From an uncultured Gemmatimonadales bacterium (GTDB lineage: Bacteria; Gemmatimonadota; Gemmatimonadetes; Longimicrobiales; RSA9), in the NCBI GenBank assembly GCA_963798845.1, contig CAWCUS010000001.1, positions 480,001-544,000 of the forward strand: a DNA stretch of 64,000 nucleotides, given 5' to 3'. The translations under genes and the position numbers were made by a program. The stretch's first letter is position 1. Every line of letters starts with the position of its first letter. This document shows, piece after piece, positions 48,992 to 63,764 of this stretch. Below the pieces are notes generated by a model that did no database searches, was not told the origin of the DNA, and saw only the letters and a program-made list of their open reading frames with translations.

Positions 48992-49549
48992 CTACTGCTG
49001 CGAGAGCGAGGCTACGTACCCCGCCACTGCCTGCACCTGGTCCGGTGTCAGGCTGGCGCCGCCCATGGCCGGCATCGGCGCCGGGTGGGAGACGGGGTTC
49101 GGCACACCGCTGGTGATCAGCCTCGCCAGCTCCTCCACGTTCGGCCCGGAGACGTGCAGCCACTCGGTGTCGGTCAGGTCCGGAGCGAGCTGGGTACCGT
49201 GGCCATCGGGGCCGTGACAGGTGTAGCAGTTCCCCTGCCCCTTGAAGATCTGCTGCCCCTCGTCGTACTGCGCCCGGGTGACTCCGGCTGCGAGCTTCGC
49301 CGGAGCCTGGCCTCCGGCCTCCTGCGCAGCCACCGGCGCGGCTCCCGTGTCACCGGGCACCTGCACGATCTCGGGGCGCGGTCGATCGGGCGTGCCGATC
49401 CCCTCCATGGCGCTGCCCGGCTCACTACTCACGACGAGCCCGGGCTGCTCCAGCGGCGCTTTCGTGTAGCCGCGGGAATCGGTCGTCTCCGTGTCGCCGC
49501 AGGCGGTGAGGGCGAGCATGGTGGCGAGCATCAGCAAGGTCGAGCGCAT
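48992..49549 (-). CDS. Monoheme cytochrome c lipoprotein
   Basis: Lipobox LTAC; CYTCH; PDLTDTEWLH; PMPAMG (axial Met). Confidence 0.9.
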   Translation of the reverse strand: MRSTLLMLATMLALTACGDTETTDSRGYTKAPLEQPGLVVSSEPGSAMEGIGTPDRPRPEIVQVPGDTGAAPVAAQEAGGQAPAKLAAGVTRAQYDEGQQIFKGQGNCYTCHGPDGHGTQLAPDLTDTEWLHVSGPNVEELARLITSGVPNPVSHPAPMPAMGGASLTPDQVQAVAGYVASLSQQ

Positions 49550-49730
49550 CTATCCTCCGGGGAATCCATCCGAGCCATGAGAGCGCGAGAAAATACCGCG
49601 GGACCTGGGAGCGCGCCAGCGTGCGAGCGAGGCCGCAATGTAGGGGCTCTTGACATTGTTCCATATTCGTCGTTCATTGCCGACATTCGCGAACAAGTCC
49701 ATTCCGAACCCTAGCGCGACAGGAGCCAGC

Positions 49731-50123
49731 ATGGCCGAGGCAAACCCCGCCGTCATGGAAATGGTGGAGGCGGAGCTCAAGAAGAACCCGGACGTCTCCA
49801 ATCCCGAGCTGTTCGAGCGTGCGAAGCGGATCGACAAGGGCGTAGCCGAGTTGAGCGCGCGGCAGTTCAACGCTACCTATCCGCTCCAGGTCAAGCGGGC
49901 GATGGCGCCGAAGAAGCCGGCCCGGAAGCGAAAGGCGCCGGCGCGTCGCGCCAGCCGCAGTCCGGCCGCCGGCGCGGGTCAGGACCGCGGCCGTGACCGC
50001 GTCCGCACCGTGCTGCTGGAGCTGGCGCGGGATGTGGCGAACGCCCAGGGGAAGGGCGACGTGGTCGACGTGATCGTGGGCATCGACGGCTACGTGGACC
50101 GGGTCGTGAAAGCGGCCGGCTGA
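49731..50123 (+). CDS. Hypothetical small protein with Lys/Arg-rich linker
   Basis: RBS AGGAG, ATG at 49731; TTGACA at 49650; linker APKKPARKRKAPARRASR. Confidence 0.7.
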   Translation: MAEANPAVMEMVEAELKKNPDVSNPELFERAKRIDKGVAELSARQFNATYPLQVKRAMAPKKPARKRKAPARRASRSPAAGAGQDRGRDRVRTVLLELARDVANAQGKGDVVDVIVGIDGYVDRVVKAAG

Positions 50124-50153
50124 CCCTGTTCGCCGCCCGCGGGGTACGGGCGC

Positions 50154-50896
50154 CTACACACCCGCGGCGGCGCGGTCCACGAACCAGGTCGTCCCGTCTT
50201 CCGCGTCGACGAGCGCGGCGGGCGGGACGTTGTCGTCCCGGCTCGCTCCGCCTTCGCCTTTCACCTGTTCGAACGCCTCCCGTTTCTCCGGCCCCGCTGC
50301 GAGCATGAGCGCGCGCCGTGCGCCGTTGATGGCGCGCAGCGTGACGGTGACGCGGTCCACGGGCTCCTGACCCTCCGGCGGCCGGGCCGGCTTCGCCCAA
50401 CGCGCATCATCCGGATCCACGTGCCCCGGAAACAGGGACGCCGTGTGTCCATCGGCGCCGAGCCCGAGGATCACCAGGTCGAACGAGGCGCGGCCGCGAT
50501 CGCGCGGCCCCGGCGGCGACGGCTGCCCGAAGAAGCGGGCCAGCTCATCGTGGTATGCGGCGGCGGCCGCTGCCGCGCCCAGCTCGCCGCGGATCCGGTG
50601 CACGGCGGACGCGCGGACGGGGAGTCCGGCGAGGAGCGTGTCCCGGGCAAGCCCGAAGTTGCTGCGCGCGTCGTCCGGCGGGACGCACCGCTCGTCCCCC
50701 CAGAAGAGCTCCGCCCGCTCCCACGGCGCGGCGCGGCGGAAGTCGGCGGCGAGGATCTGGTAGAGGCGCCGGGGCGTGTGGCCGCCGGCGAGGGCGAGGA
50801 CGAAACGGCCGGTGCGGGTGATGGCTGCGGCCGCGAGCGTGGCCACGTGGGCGGCGGCGGCGCGGCTGGCGGCCTCCAGGTCGGGCAGCACTTGGA

Positions 50897-50912
<16 letters not shown>
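50154..50912 (-). CDS. pgl: 6-phosphogluconolactonase
   Basis: ALAGGHTP, WGDERCVPPDD.RSN and LGLGADGHTASLFP. Confidence 0.94.
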
Positions 50913-52357
<1,445 letters not shown>

Positions 52358-52358
52358 G

Positions 52359-53267
52359 CTACCGCTCCCGGCGGACGGCGTGGCCGCCGAACTCGTTGCG
52401 CATCATGGCCAGCAGGCGGTCGGAGAAGGAGTCCTCGACGCGCGAACGGAGCCGGGCCTGGAGCGCCAGCGTGATGACGGGCGCCGGGACGTCGAGGTCC
52501 ATGGCCTCAGCCACCGTCCAGCGCCCCTCGCCCGAATCCGCCACCCAGGGCGCGATCCCTTCCAGCGATGGGTTGTCGTGCAACGCGTCGGCGGTGAGGT
52601 CCAGCAGCCACGAACGGACGACGCTGCCGAAGCGCCAGATCTCCGCCACCCGTGCCAGATCGAGCCCGAACTCCTCCTTCGCGCTCAGGACGTGGAACCC
52701 CTCGGCGTACGCCTGCATCAGCCCGTACTCGATGCCGTTGTGGACCATCTTCACGAAATGACCGGACCCCGTCGGGCCGACGCGCCCCCAGCCGCGGTCC
52801 TTTCCGGGCGCGAGCGCCTCGAAGATGGGCCGGAGCCGGTCCACGACCTCCGGCGCGCCGCCCACCATCAGGCTGTAGCCCTCCTCCAGACCCCAGACGC
52901 CGCCGCTCGTGCCCGCGTCCACCCAGTGCACCCCCGCGGCGCGCACGCGCTCGCCCCGGCGCAGCGTGTCGCGATAGTACGAGTTGCCCCCGTCGACCAG
53001 GGTGTCGTCGGCGTCGAGGCGGGGGAGAAGGCCGTCCACGGTCTCGTCCACGGGCGTGCCGGCCGGGACCATGATCCAGATGGCGCGCGGCGGCCTCAGC
53101 GCGTCCACAACCGCGTCGAGCGACGCCACGGCCTCGACGCCTGTCGACTCCGCCCGGCGCCTGGCCTCCTCGCCCGGGTCGAAGCCGACCACCCGGTGCC
53201 GCGCGCGGACCAGCCGCTCGGCCATGTTCGCGCCCATGCGCCCCAACCCGATCATCCCCATGTCCAT
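52359..53267 (-). CDS. gnd: 6-phosphogluconate dehydrogenase (short, decarboxylating)
   Basis: IGLGRMG, DGGNS, GHFVKMVHNGIEY, DSGEGRWT and RNEFGGH. Confidence 0.94.
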   Translation of the reverse strand: MDMGMIGLGRMGANMAERLVRARHRVVGFDPGEEARRRAESTGVEAVASLDAVVDALRPPRAIWIMVPAGTPVDETVDGLLPRLDADDTLVDGGNSYYRDTLRRGERVRAAGVHWVDAGTSGGVWGLEEGYSLMVGGAPEVVDRLRPIFEALAPGKDRGWGRVGPTGSGHFVKMVHNGIEYGLMQAYAEGFHVLSAKEEFGLDLARVAEIWRFGSVVRSWLLDLTADALHDNPSLEGIAPWVADSGEGRWTVAEAMDLDVPAPVITLALQARLRSRVEDSFSDRLLAMMRNEFGGHAVRRER

Positions 53268-53280
53268 GGGAGTCTCCCTT

Positions 53281-53895
53281 TCACGGTTCGACGTCGACAC
53301 CGCGGGAATGGAGATCCGCCCGCAGCACGGCGGCCGACCGGTACTGCATGGCGCGGACCCCCACCTGCTGCGCGGCCTCCACGTTGACGGCGCGGTCATC
53401 GACGAACAGGCAGTCGGACGGCTCCTGCTGGAGGACGCGGCAGGCGATCCGGAAGATGGCGGGGTCGGGCTTGCGCACGCCGAGATAGCAGGAGCTGAAG
53501 AACGCGGTGAACGGGCCGCGGAGGCCGAAGGTGTCGATGCGGAAGCGGTTGAGCTCCAGCGACTCGTTGTTGATGGTGGCCAGCAGAAGGCCGGGAACGC
53601 GCGCCAGTTCCGGCAGCAATGCCAGCGCATCCTCCCGCGGCCGCGATTGCGCCTCCATGAAGCGGCGGAAGTCGTCGCGCTCGAACGTCCGCGGGCGGTG
53701 GAACACGGTCCGGTCCAGGTACTCGTCGAGGCTGATCCTCCCGGTCTCGAAAGCGTCCACCACCGATTCGTGGCGCGCCTCCAGCTCCTCCGCATCGAGG
53801 CCGAAGGCGTCGACCGCGCGAGCGCGTGCGCCGCTGTCCCAGCCGTTGGTGAGGAGCACTCCGCCGACGTCGAGAAAGAGGACGGCTGTCGTCAC
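53281..53895 (-). CDS. HAD family phosphatase
   Basis: FLDVGGVLL, RKPDPAIF and FVDDR; GTG start overlaps the upstream stop. Confidence 0.88.
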   Translation of the reverse strand: MTTAVLFLDVGGVLLTNGWDSGARARAVDAFGLDAEELEARHESVVDAFETGRISLDEYLDRTVFHRPRTFERDDFRRFMEAQSRPREDALALLPELARVPGLLLATINNESLELNRFRIDTFGLRGPFTAFFSSCYLGVRKPDPAIFRIACRVLQQEPSDCLFVDDRAVNVEAAQQVGVRAMQYRSAAVLRADLHSRGVDVEP

Positions 53896-56289
53896 GACGG
53901 GCTCCCCTGCACCACCTCCACCTCGTGATCCTCCCCCTCCCATCCGCTCTCCCGGTGGAAGGTGAAGCGGAGCGGTGCGCGATGGCCAGCGCGGGTCGGC
54001 AGGTCCACGTAGCCCAGACCCAGGCCGGTGACGGTGGCGTCGTCGTCGTGGACCGTGACCCAGTCGTCGTCGCTCCAGTGCAGCGTGAAGGCGGCCGGTG
54101 CCACGATCCGGAGCGTGCGCCCTGCCAGCACGGCGCGGACGCGGCGATTCGGCTTCCAGACCTCGAGCTCGCGCACACCGTGGCGGTCCCCGAGGTAGCG
54201 CAGGGCCACGGGCGTCACGCGGTCCCACACCTCGGAATCGGTCGCCGAGCGGAGCAGCTTGATGTACTCGGCGTGCGCCCACATGAGGGGCATGGCCGCG
54301 CCGGTGGGGCGGCCCAGGCGCATGTGGGCGGCCGGCAGGTCCGGCGCGTCCCACACCTGCTCGGTGAGCAGCCCCGTATCGGTGGCGAACCACTCGAGGG
54401 CGCGGAGGTACGGTCCCGGGTCGCGTCCCGCCGCCAGCTCGTAGTGCCCTCGCTCACCGGCGAGCAGCGGCCAGGCGCGGCCGCGCCCCCAGCCGTCGAA
54501 CGCGCTGCCATCGTCCCTCTGTCCGTAGCCGTCGTGATTGTAGCGCCGCCACACGGGACCCCCCGGCGTGTCCACGCGCAGCGCCGCGTCCACGACCCGC
54601 AGCGAGTCCTCCATGAGCGCGCTGCCCGCGCGGCGGATCCCGTAGCGGACCAGGTCCAGGAAGCCCGCGTCCACGATCTCGCGGGCGGGAAAGACCGCCC
54701 GCTCACCGGGAGCGCGGTTGGCGATCCGGATCTCGCCGCGGTCGGGGTCCTCGTCGGGCGAGACGTCGTCGACGGTGACCGGAAGGATGCGGATGTAGTG
54801 GCGGGCGACGTCCGTCAGGAGCGAGCCATTGGTGGTGACGGTCCACGCCTCGACGTGGCGTTCCAGAAAGTCGGCGTACTCCAGGAGGAAGCGCGCGGTG
54901 CCCGGGTCGCCCGCGCCGCGGGCGAAATCCGCGGCGCAGACGAGCGCTGCGATGTTTGAAGCCAGGGTGGCGGGGGAGTAGCCGCCGGCCTCCTCCCACC
55001 GGTCCTGCTCGGTGGCGGGTCCATGTCGCACCAGGTACGCGGCGGCGCGCAGCACCATGAAGGAGGGGTCGAAGTCGTCGAGCGCGTCCATGGCCCTGAG
55101 CCGCCACGCCAGGAGGATCGGGAAGGCGACCTCGTCCAGCTGGATACCCTGCCAGTACGGCTCCCCGTCGATCCAGAAGTTCTGGGGGAAGCCGCCGTCG
55201 GCGCGCTGCGCCACGCACAGGTAGACCAGCGCCCGCCGCGCCGGCCCCGGGAGCCCGGCCGCCAGGAGGCCGCCCGCGCTGTTGACCATGTCGCGCGTCC
55301 ACACCAGGTGGTAGCCGCCCTGGTCGTCGTCGCCACGGACTTCACCCCATGGAATGGAGAGCGACGCGATGAGCGCGCCCGGGAACGTCTTGTCCTCGTG
55401 GGCGAGGATCAGGCTGGCGCTGCGGCGGTAGAGCCGACCGCCGTCGCCGGTGGCCGGGTCCAGCGTCGCGAGGCGACGTCCGATCCGCTCCCACTGCTCA
55501 ACGAAGCGCGACAGCTGCCGGTCGAAGGGGGTCGCCAGCGCCTCGAACAGGGTGGTGGCCGCGCTCTCCTTCGAATCGCCGAAAGCCACGGCGAGCGTGA
55601 ACGCCGCGGTGGCGCCGGCGGCGACCTCGCCGATGAGCGCCACGTTGCCGCCGAGCGCGCGCTCGAAGCTCCAGTCGAGCGTCCGGTCCTGGTGGAGGTC
55701 GGTCCAGCCGTCGCTCGTCCCCACGTAGCCGCACGAGGCCGCGTCGAAGCCGCCGCTGGCGCCGAGCACCAACCAGACGCCGCCCTTCTCCGCGGTGAGC
55801 ACCCGCCGGCCGGCCACCTCCTCGACGCGGGCGTCGTTGGCCCAGCCGCCCACCTGGAGGTGGGGAGCGGCGAGAGCGTAGACGCGGAGGGTGGCGAGGA
55901 ATGCGGCGTCGCCGCGGAAGCGGACGCGCTGGAGGACGCACGGCTGGATGGGGTCGGTGATGACGTCCTTCTCGATGGCGTAGCGGCCGGTGGGGTCCTC
56001 GCTGACCACGTGGAACGCGAGGGCGTGCGGGGAGAGCGCGGACGTGGTGGAGCGGAGGTCGCGCTTCTCGTCGTGGAAGAAGGTGCGCCCGTCGGTGACC
56101 AGGAACTGGAGGTCCCGCATCTGCGGGCGGTCCACGGTGGGGTAGTAGACTTCCGTCACCACCCCGTTCCAGAGGGTGAACCAGACGCGAGAGGCGCGGT
56201 CGTGCGCCGTGCCGACGGCATCCTTGCCGCCGTGCGTCCAGCGCGGCTCGATGCCCGGCGCCCCGAACGCGTCGCCCCCCGCGCGGCGG

Positions 56290-56297
<8 letters not shown>
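53892..56297 (-). CDS. Glycoside hydrolase family 15 (glucoamylase / glucodextranase-like)
   Basis: N-terminal [38 protein letters not shown] and PLMWAHAEY. Confidence 0.92.
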
Positions 56298-58314
<2,017 letters not shown>

Positions 58315-58319
58315 CCGAT

Positions 58320-59346
58320 CTATCCTGCTCTTTCGATTCCCTGTTCCATGAGCCATTCGCGAGCGAACGCCGCCGCCCCGATGGCACCCGCGTGGTCACC
58401 CAGCGCGGCACGTACGACGCGGAGCGTCCTCACCCCGGCCGCCAGCGCCCGCTCCCGCACGATTTCGCGCACCCGATCCACGTAAAACGGGACATTCTGC
58501 ACGACGCCGCCCCCGAGCACCAGGGTGCACGGATTGAACCCGTTCACCACGCCCACCAGCCCCGCGCCCAGGATTTCTGCCGTTTCATCCACCAGCCGCG
58601 TGGCCAGCGGGTCCCCGTCCTCCCGAGCCTCGTGGACGGTCTCGGCCGTGATCGCCGCCGACTCACCCGCGCGCCGCACCAGCTCCGCACCCGCGTCGGG
58701 GTCCGCGCCCACGATCTCGCGCGCCCGCTTCGCGATGGCCCAGCCGCCGGCGTACGCTTCGAGGCAGCCGTGGTTCCCGCAACGGCACTCCCGTCCGCCC
58801 ACCACCACCGTCATGTGGCCGAGCTCGCCGGCCATGTTCGTGCAGCCGGTGAGCATCCGGCGCCCGCTCACCACGCCCACCGCCGATCCCGGTCCCGACG
58901 AACACGACGACCAGGTCGTCCACGCCGGCGCCGGCCCCGTGCCGCCACTCCCCCCAGGCCGCCGCCTGTACGTCGTTGAGCACGGCCACGGGGAGGTCCA
59001 GGGCGTGCTCGAGGGTGGCGCGCAGCGGGGCGTCGCGCCAGAAGAGGTTGGGGGCGTAGGACACCACCCCGGTCTGCGCAGCCACCTGCCCCGCCACGCC
59101 CACCCCGATCCCGGCCACCGGCGCCCCCGCCGCACGGTCCCCGCACGCGCGCACCGTCGCGACGATCTCGGCGACGACGCCGTCGAAGCCGCCAGCCACG
59201 TCCGTCTCCCGGCGCTCGGAGGCCACCACCCGCCCGGAGGGGTCCACGAGGGCCGCCAGGACCTTGGTCCCGCCGAGGTCCACCCCGATCGTGAGCGGCG
59301 CCGGCCCCGAAGCGCCGGCGGCGCTGCCTGCGGGCGCTGTCGTCAT
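58320..59346 (-). pseudogene. ROK family sugar kinase (glucokinase-like), split by a +1 frameshift
   Basis: IGVDLGGTK, LNDVQAAAWGE and GTGIGG in one frame; GELGH and CRCGNHGCLE in another; junction GGT-GGGC-GTG at 58876-58878. May be an assembly error. Confidence 0.85.
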
Positions 59347-59538
59347 GCGCCCGTCGACCGGGCGCTCAGCTCGGGCTGGCCGGAGCTGTCGCGCATCGGG
59401 CGCGCCGCAGGAGAGAAGCCATCAAGCGTCGTGTGCCTGGGGGTTCGAGGGTGGCGGAGCCGAGGGTCACGGCAAAATGCTCCCGGGGCAAGTGCTGAGC
59501 AACCGGTCGGGCAGAGGGTCCGGGTATGTCTGGGCGGC

Positions 59539-62500
59539 TCACTCCGCGTCCATCCGCCAGCTCTCGCCCCGGATGGCGACGACGAACGTGGGCACGAGGA
59601 AGAGAGTGATGGGGGTGGATAGGGCGAGGCCGCCGATGACGGCGAGGGCGAGGGGTCGCTGGAGCTCGGCGCCGGCGCCGAGGCCGAGGGCGAGGGGTAG
59701 GAGGCCGAAGAGGGTGCAGAGCGTGGTCATGACGATGGGCCGGAGCCGCACGCGCGCGGCCTCGCGGACGGCGGTGCCCAGCGGCTCGCCGAGGAAGCGC
59801 ATGCGGTGGCGAGTGAAGTCCAGCAGGATGATGCCGTTCTTCACGATGAGCCCCACGAGCAGGATCATCCCCATGAACGAGGACACGTTCAGCTCCGTGC
59901 CGGTGACCAGGAGGAGGGTTACGGCGCCCACGAAGCTGAGCGGGGCGGCCAGGATGATGACGAGGGGCTCGACGAAGGACTGGAACTGGATGAGCATGAC
60001 GGCCATGACGGAGAGGCCGGCGAGCAGCAGCACGAGGACGAGGCTGTGGAAGGCCTCCTGCTGCCCCTGGTACTGCCCGCCCAGCTCGAGCCGCACGCCG
60101 GCGGGGGGCGGGTTGGCGGCGATGACGTCGCGCACGTCCGCCATCACCTTGCCCAGCGCCCGCCCTTCCACGCCCGCGGTGACTGCGATCATCTGGCGCT
60201 GGTTCTCCCGCTCCAGCGACGCGGGCGACGCGGTGTCGGAGAGCGTGGCCAGCGCGCTGAGCGGCGTGGTGCGGCCGCCGTCGCCGTAGATCGGCAGCGT
60301 GCCCAGGGCGGCGGGGTCGTAGCGGAAGGCGTCGGGCGCCCGGACGCGGATGTCGACGGTGCGCTCGTCGGTCCGCACCTGGCCGGCGCCCACGCCGAGG
60401 AGCGCGGCCGCGGCCTGCTGCGCCACGGCCTCGGGCGTGAGGCCGATGCGCTCGGCGGCCGCGGGGCTCACGCGCATGAGGAGCTCGGGCGCGGGGTCCG
60501 GGACGCCGTCGTAGAGGTCCACGAGGCCGTCGATCGGCTCCAGCCTGGGCGCCAGCTCCCGGGCGTACGCCTGGAGCGCCGCCAGGCGGTCCCCGAACAG
60601 CTTGATCTCCAGCGGGTTGGGGCTCCCGGCCAGGTCGTTGATGAGGTCGGTGAGCACCTGGACGAACTCGATGTCCATGCGTGGCACCGCACGCTCCGCC
60701 TTCGCCCGCACCTCCTCCATGACCTCGAAGATGGTGCGGGAGCGCTGGCTCTCCGGCTTCAGCCTGGCGACGATGTCCCCGCTGTTCTGCTCCGTGGCGA
60801 ACATGCCCATCTCGGCGCCCGTCCGCCGGGACGTGGCCACGATCTCGGGCGTGGCCATCATGATCCGCTCCACGATGTGCAGCTGCCGGTCCGTCTCGGA
60901 GAGCGCGGTGCCCGTGGGCGTCAGGTAGTCGAACACGAAAGCGCCCTCGTCCATGATCGGCAGGAAGCCGGTGCCCACGAACCGCTGCGCGCCCCAGCCG
61001 GCCACCACCAGCAGCGCGGCCACGACGATCAGCGCACGCCGGTGGCGGAGCACCCGGTCGAGGGCGGTGGCGTACGCGGCGGTGAGGCGCTGCACGCCGT
61101 GACCCAGGCGGCGCGAGAGGCGGTGGATGAAGCCGGCTTCGCCCGGCGTCGGCTGCCGCGGGCCTTCGCCCTCGAACGCCTCCTCCACGTCCTCCGCGCG
61201 CACGAGCTGCTCGGCCAGGAGGGGCACGAGCGTGAGCGCGAGGGCGAGGGAGACCATGACGGCCATGGCCAGCGTGAAGGAGAGCGCGGCGAAGAACTGG
61301 CCAACCACGCCCTGGAGCAGAACGAGCGGGAGGAAGACCACCACGGTGGTGAGGGTGGAGGTGGTGACGGGCCAGACCAGCTCGGCCACGGCCTCGCGGA
61401 TGGCGGAGCGGCGGTCGGGCTGGAGAGCCAGGTGGCGGGCTATGTTCTCGGTGACGACCACTGCATCGTCGATGACGAGGCCGATGGCGATGGCCATGCC
61501 GCCCAGGCTCATGAGGTTGAACGTGCGCCCGAGGAGCTTCATCCCGAACACGGTGATGGCCATGGTGAGCGGGATGGCGAGGGCGCTGATGGCGGTGATG
61601 CGGGCGTCGCGGAGGAAGGCGAGGAGCACCACTACGGCCAGGAGCGCGCCGATGAGCATGGCATCCCGCACGGAGCCCACGGCCTCCCGCACGAGCGACG
61701 CCTGGTCGTAGACCACCTCCACGCGCACGCCCTTCGGGAGCGACGGGGCCAGGGCGCGCAGCGTGGCGGCCACGCTGTCGGCCACTTCCAGCGTGCTGCC
61801 GCCCGCCTGCCGCGAGATGTTGATGAGCGCGGCCGGCTGCCCATCACCCCGGATGAGGCTGACGCGCTCCTCGGTGCCGAGCCGCACGTCCGCCACGTCG
61901 CGCACCCGGAGCCGGCCCGGGAGCACCACGGCGCCGATGTCGCCGGCGTCGTGGGCCTCGCGGTCCATGAGGACCAGGTACTGGAGGTAGTCCCGGTCGG
62001 CCCGGCCCACGGGGTGCACGCCCAGGGCGGCGTGGATGGCATCCGCGAGGCCGGCATACGACAGACCGGCGCCCGCCAGCTTCGCGGGGTCCGCCACCAC
62101 CTCGTACTCGCGCACGTCGCTGCCCTGGACGTCGACGCGGCCCACGCCCGGGATGCCGGCCAGCGCCGGACGGATGCGGTAGCGCGCGATGTCGTAGAGC
62201 GCCCCTGCGTCGTCGCCGCCAAGGACGTTGTAGGTGATGATGGGGAAGAGCGACGGCAGCATCCGCTCCGTCTCGATCTCGACCTCCGCGGGCAGCTCCG
62301 CCTGGACCTGGTTGATGCGGGACTCGGTGAGCTGGAGCGCCACGACCATGTCGGTGCCAGGGGCGAAGTAGACCGAGATCTCGCTGCCGCCCCGGATGGT
62401 GCGGGAGCGGACGCGCTGCGCCCCCGGCACCACGCTCACCGCCTGCTCGATGGGGCGCGTCACGCTGAACATCTGCTGGCGCGTGCCCAGCGCGGTTCCC

Positions 62501-62649
62501 TTGGCCACGATGGTGATGCGCGGGAAGTTGAGCTCCGGGTAGATGGACGAGGGCAGCCGGAACATGGCCGCCACGCCCGCGGCGGTGAGCAGCGCCACGA
62601 CCAGGTAGATGAACCGCCGCTGGGCGAGGAGGGCGTCGAAGGCTCTCAT
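59539..62649 (-). CDS. RND efflux permease (AcrB/CusA family)
   Basis: NLMSLGGMAIAIGLVIDDAVVVTEN, VKNGIILLD and RLRPIVMT. Confidence 0.94.
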   Translation of the reverse strand: MRAFDALLAQRRFIYLVVALLTAAGVAAMFRLPSSIYPELNFPRITIVAKGTALGTRQQMFSVTRPIEQAVSVVPGAQRVRSRTIRGGSEISVYFAPGTDMVVALQLTESRINQVQAELPAEVEIETERMLPSLFPIITYNVLGGDDAGALYDIARYRIRPALAGIPGVGRVDVQGSDVREYEVVADPAKLAGAGLSYAGLADAIHAALGVHPVGRADRDYLQYLVLMDREAHDAGDIGAVVLPGRLRVRDVADVRLGTEERVSLIRGDGQPAALINISRQAGGSTLEVADSVAATLRALAPSLPKGVRVEVVYDQASLVREAVGSVRDAMLIGALLAVVVLLAFLRDARITAISALAIPLTMAITVFGMKLLGRTFNLMSLGGMAIAIGLVIDDAVVVTENIARHLALQPDRRSAIREAVAELVWPVTTSTLTTVVVFLPLVLLQGVVGQFFAALSFTLAMAVMVSLALALTLVPLLAEQLVRAEDVEEAFEGEGPRQPTPGEAGFIHRLSRRLGHGVQRLTAAYATALDRVLRHRRALIVVAALLVVAGWGAQRFVGTGFLPIMDEGAFVFDYLTPTGTALSETDRQLHIVERIMMATPEIVATSRRTGAEMGMFATEQNSGDIVARLKPESQRSRTIFEVMEEVRAKAERAVPRMDIEFVQVLTDLINDLAGSPNPLEIKLFGDRLAALQAYARELAPRLEPIDGLVDLYDGVPDPAPELLMRVSPAAAERIGLTPEAVAQQAAAALLGVGAGQVRTDERTVDIRVRAPDAFRYDPAALGTLPIYGDGGRTTPLSALATLSDTASPASLERENQRQMIAVTAGVEGRALGKVMADVRDVIAANPPPAGVRLELGGQYQGQQEAFHSLVLVLLLAGLSVMAVMLIQFQSFVEPLVIILAAPLSFVGAVTLLLVTGTELNVSSFMGMILLVGLIVKNGIILLDFTRHRMRFLGEPLGTAVREAARVRLRPIVMTTLCTLFGLLPLALGLGAGAELQRPLALAVIGGLALSTPITLFLVPTFVVAIRGESWRMDAE

Positions 62650-63764
62650 ACGCCGGCGCTGCCGTCGCCCGGGGGCCCGGCGCCGTTCCCGGGCGGCCGG
62701 ATGCGCGCGCCGTCCGTGACCCCGTACGCCCCGCCGGTGACCACGGTCTCCCCGCCCTCGAGCCCGGAGACGATCTCCGCTCCGGAATCGGACCGGCCGC
62801 CCACCACCACGGGCGTCTCGTGCGCGATCCCCTGGCCATCCACCACGAACACGTGCGTCCCCGCTTCTCCCGGTACCAGCGCCGCCACCGGCACCACCAC
62901 CGCGCCGCTGTCCACGCCCACCGTGATCCGGCCCGCCACCGTCTCGCCCGAGCGGAGCTGCCGGGCCGGACGGTCGGGGACCACGCGCACCTGGACGCTC
63001 CCGGTGGCCGCGTCGACCGCCGCGCTGACGCCCGTGACCGTGCCGTGGCCCAGTCCCGCGGGCACGTCACGCGCGCCGCCCGGATCGGTGGCGGCCAGTT
63101 CCACGTCGGCGCCCGGGCGGACCCGGTCCGCGTCGGCGGGGGAGAGGCGGAAGACCACCGCGAGGCCCGACGGCGCAACCACGTCCACCAGCGGCTGGTC
63201 GATGCCCACCGCCTGCCCCAGCGCCACGTCCACCCCCGTGACCACGCCCGCGATCGGCGAGCGCACGGTGGCCAGGTCACGGTTCCGGCGCGCTTCCGCC
63301 ACCGCCGCCCGCGCCTGGGCCAGCTCCGACGTGGCCGATTCCAGCTCCTTGCGCGGCGCGATGCCCTGGTCCACCAGCCGCTCCGCCCGCGCCTGCGCTT
63401 CCCTTGCCGACGCGAGCGCCGCCTGGGCCTGCGACAGCTGCGGCCCGAACACGGACGCGTCCAGCCGCACCAGCGGCTGACCCGCCGACACCCGGTCCCC
63501 GGCCGCCACCAGAACTGCCGTCACCCGGGTGGGCGCCGGCGCCGCCGGTCGAGCTTCCGCGCCCGGCCCCGGAACCACCGTCCCGAGCGCGGTGAGCGTC
63601 AGCGGGAAATCCTCCACCCGGGCCGTGGCCGTGGCCGCCTCCACCACCGGCGGCTCGCCGCCCCCCGCTTCGCCCGCGCCCCCGCCGCGCGTCACCAGGA
63701 ACACGACGACGGCCAGCAGGGCCGCGACCGCGCCCACTACCCCCCAGCGCCGGCCCGCGCTCAT
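62646..63764 (-). CDS. RND efflux periplasmic adaptor (membrane fusion protein)
   Basis: N-terminal TM; GDRVSAGQPL, VRSPIAGVV, VVVPVAAL and SGLEGGETVV. Confidence 0.92.
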   Translation of the reverse strand: MSAGRRWGVVGAVAALLAVVVFLVTRGGGAGEAGGGEPPVVEAATATARVEDFPLTLTALGTVVPGPGAEARPAAPAPTRVTAVLVAAGDRVSAGQPLVRLDASVFGPQLSQAQAALASAREAQARAERLVDQGIAPRKELESATSELAQARAAVAEARRNRDLATVRSPIAGVVTGVDVALGQAVGIDQPLVDVVAPSGLAVVFRLSPADADRVRPGADVELAATDPGGARDVPAGLGHGTVTGVSAAVDAATGSVQVRVVPDRPARQLRSGETVAGRITVGVDSGAVVVPVAALVPGEAGTHVFVVDGQGIAHETPVVVGGRSDSGAEIVSGLEGGETVVTGGAYGVTDGARIRPPGNGAGPPGDGSAGV

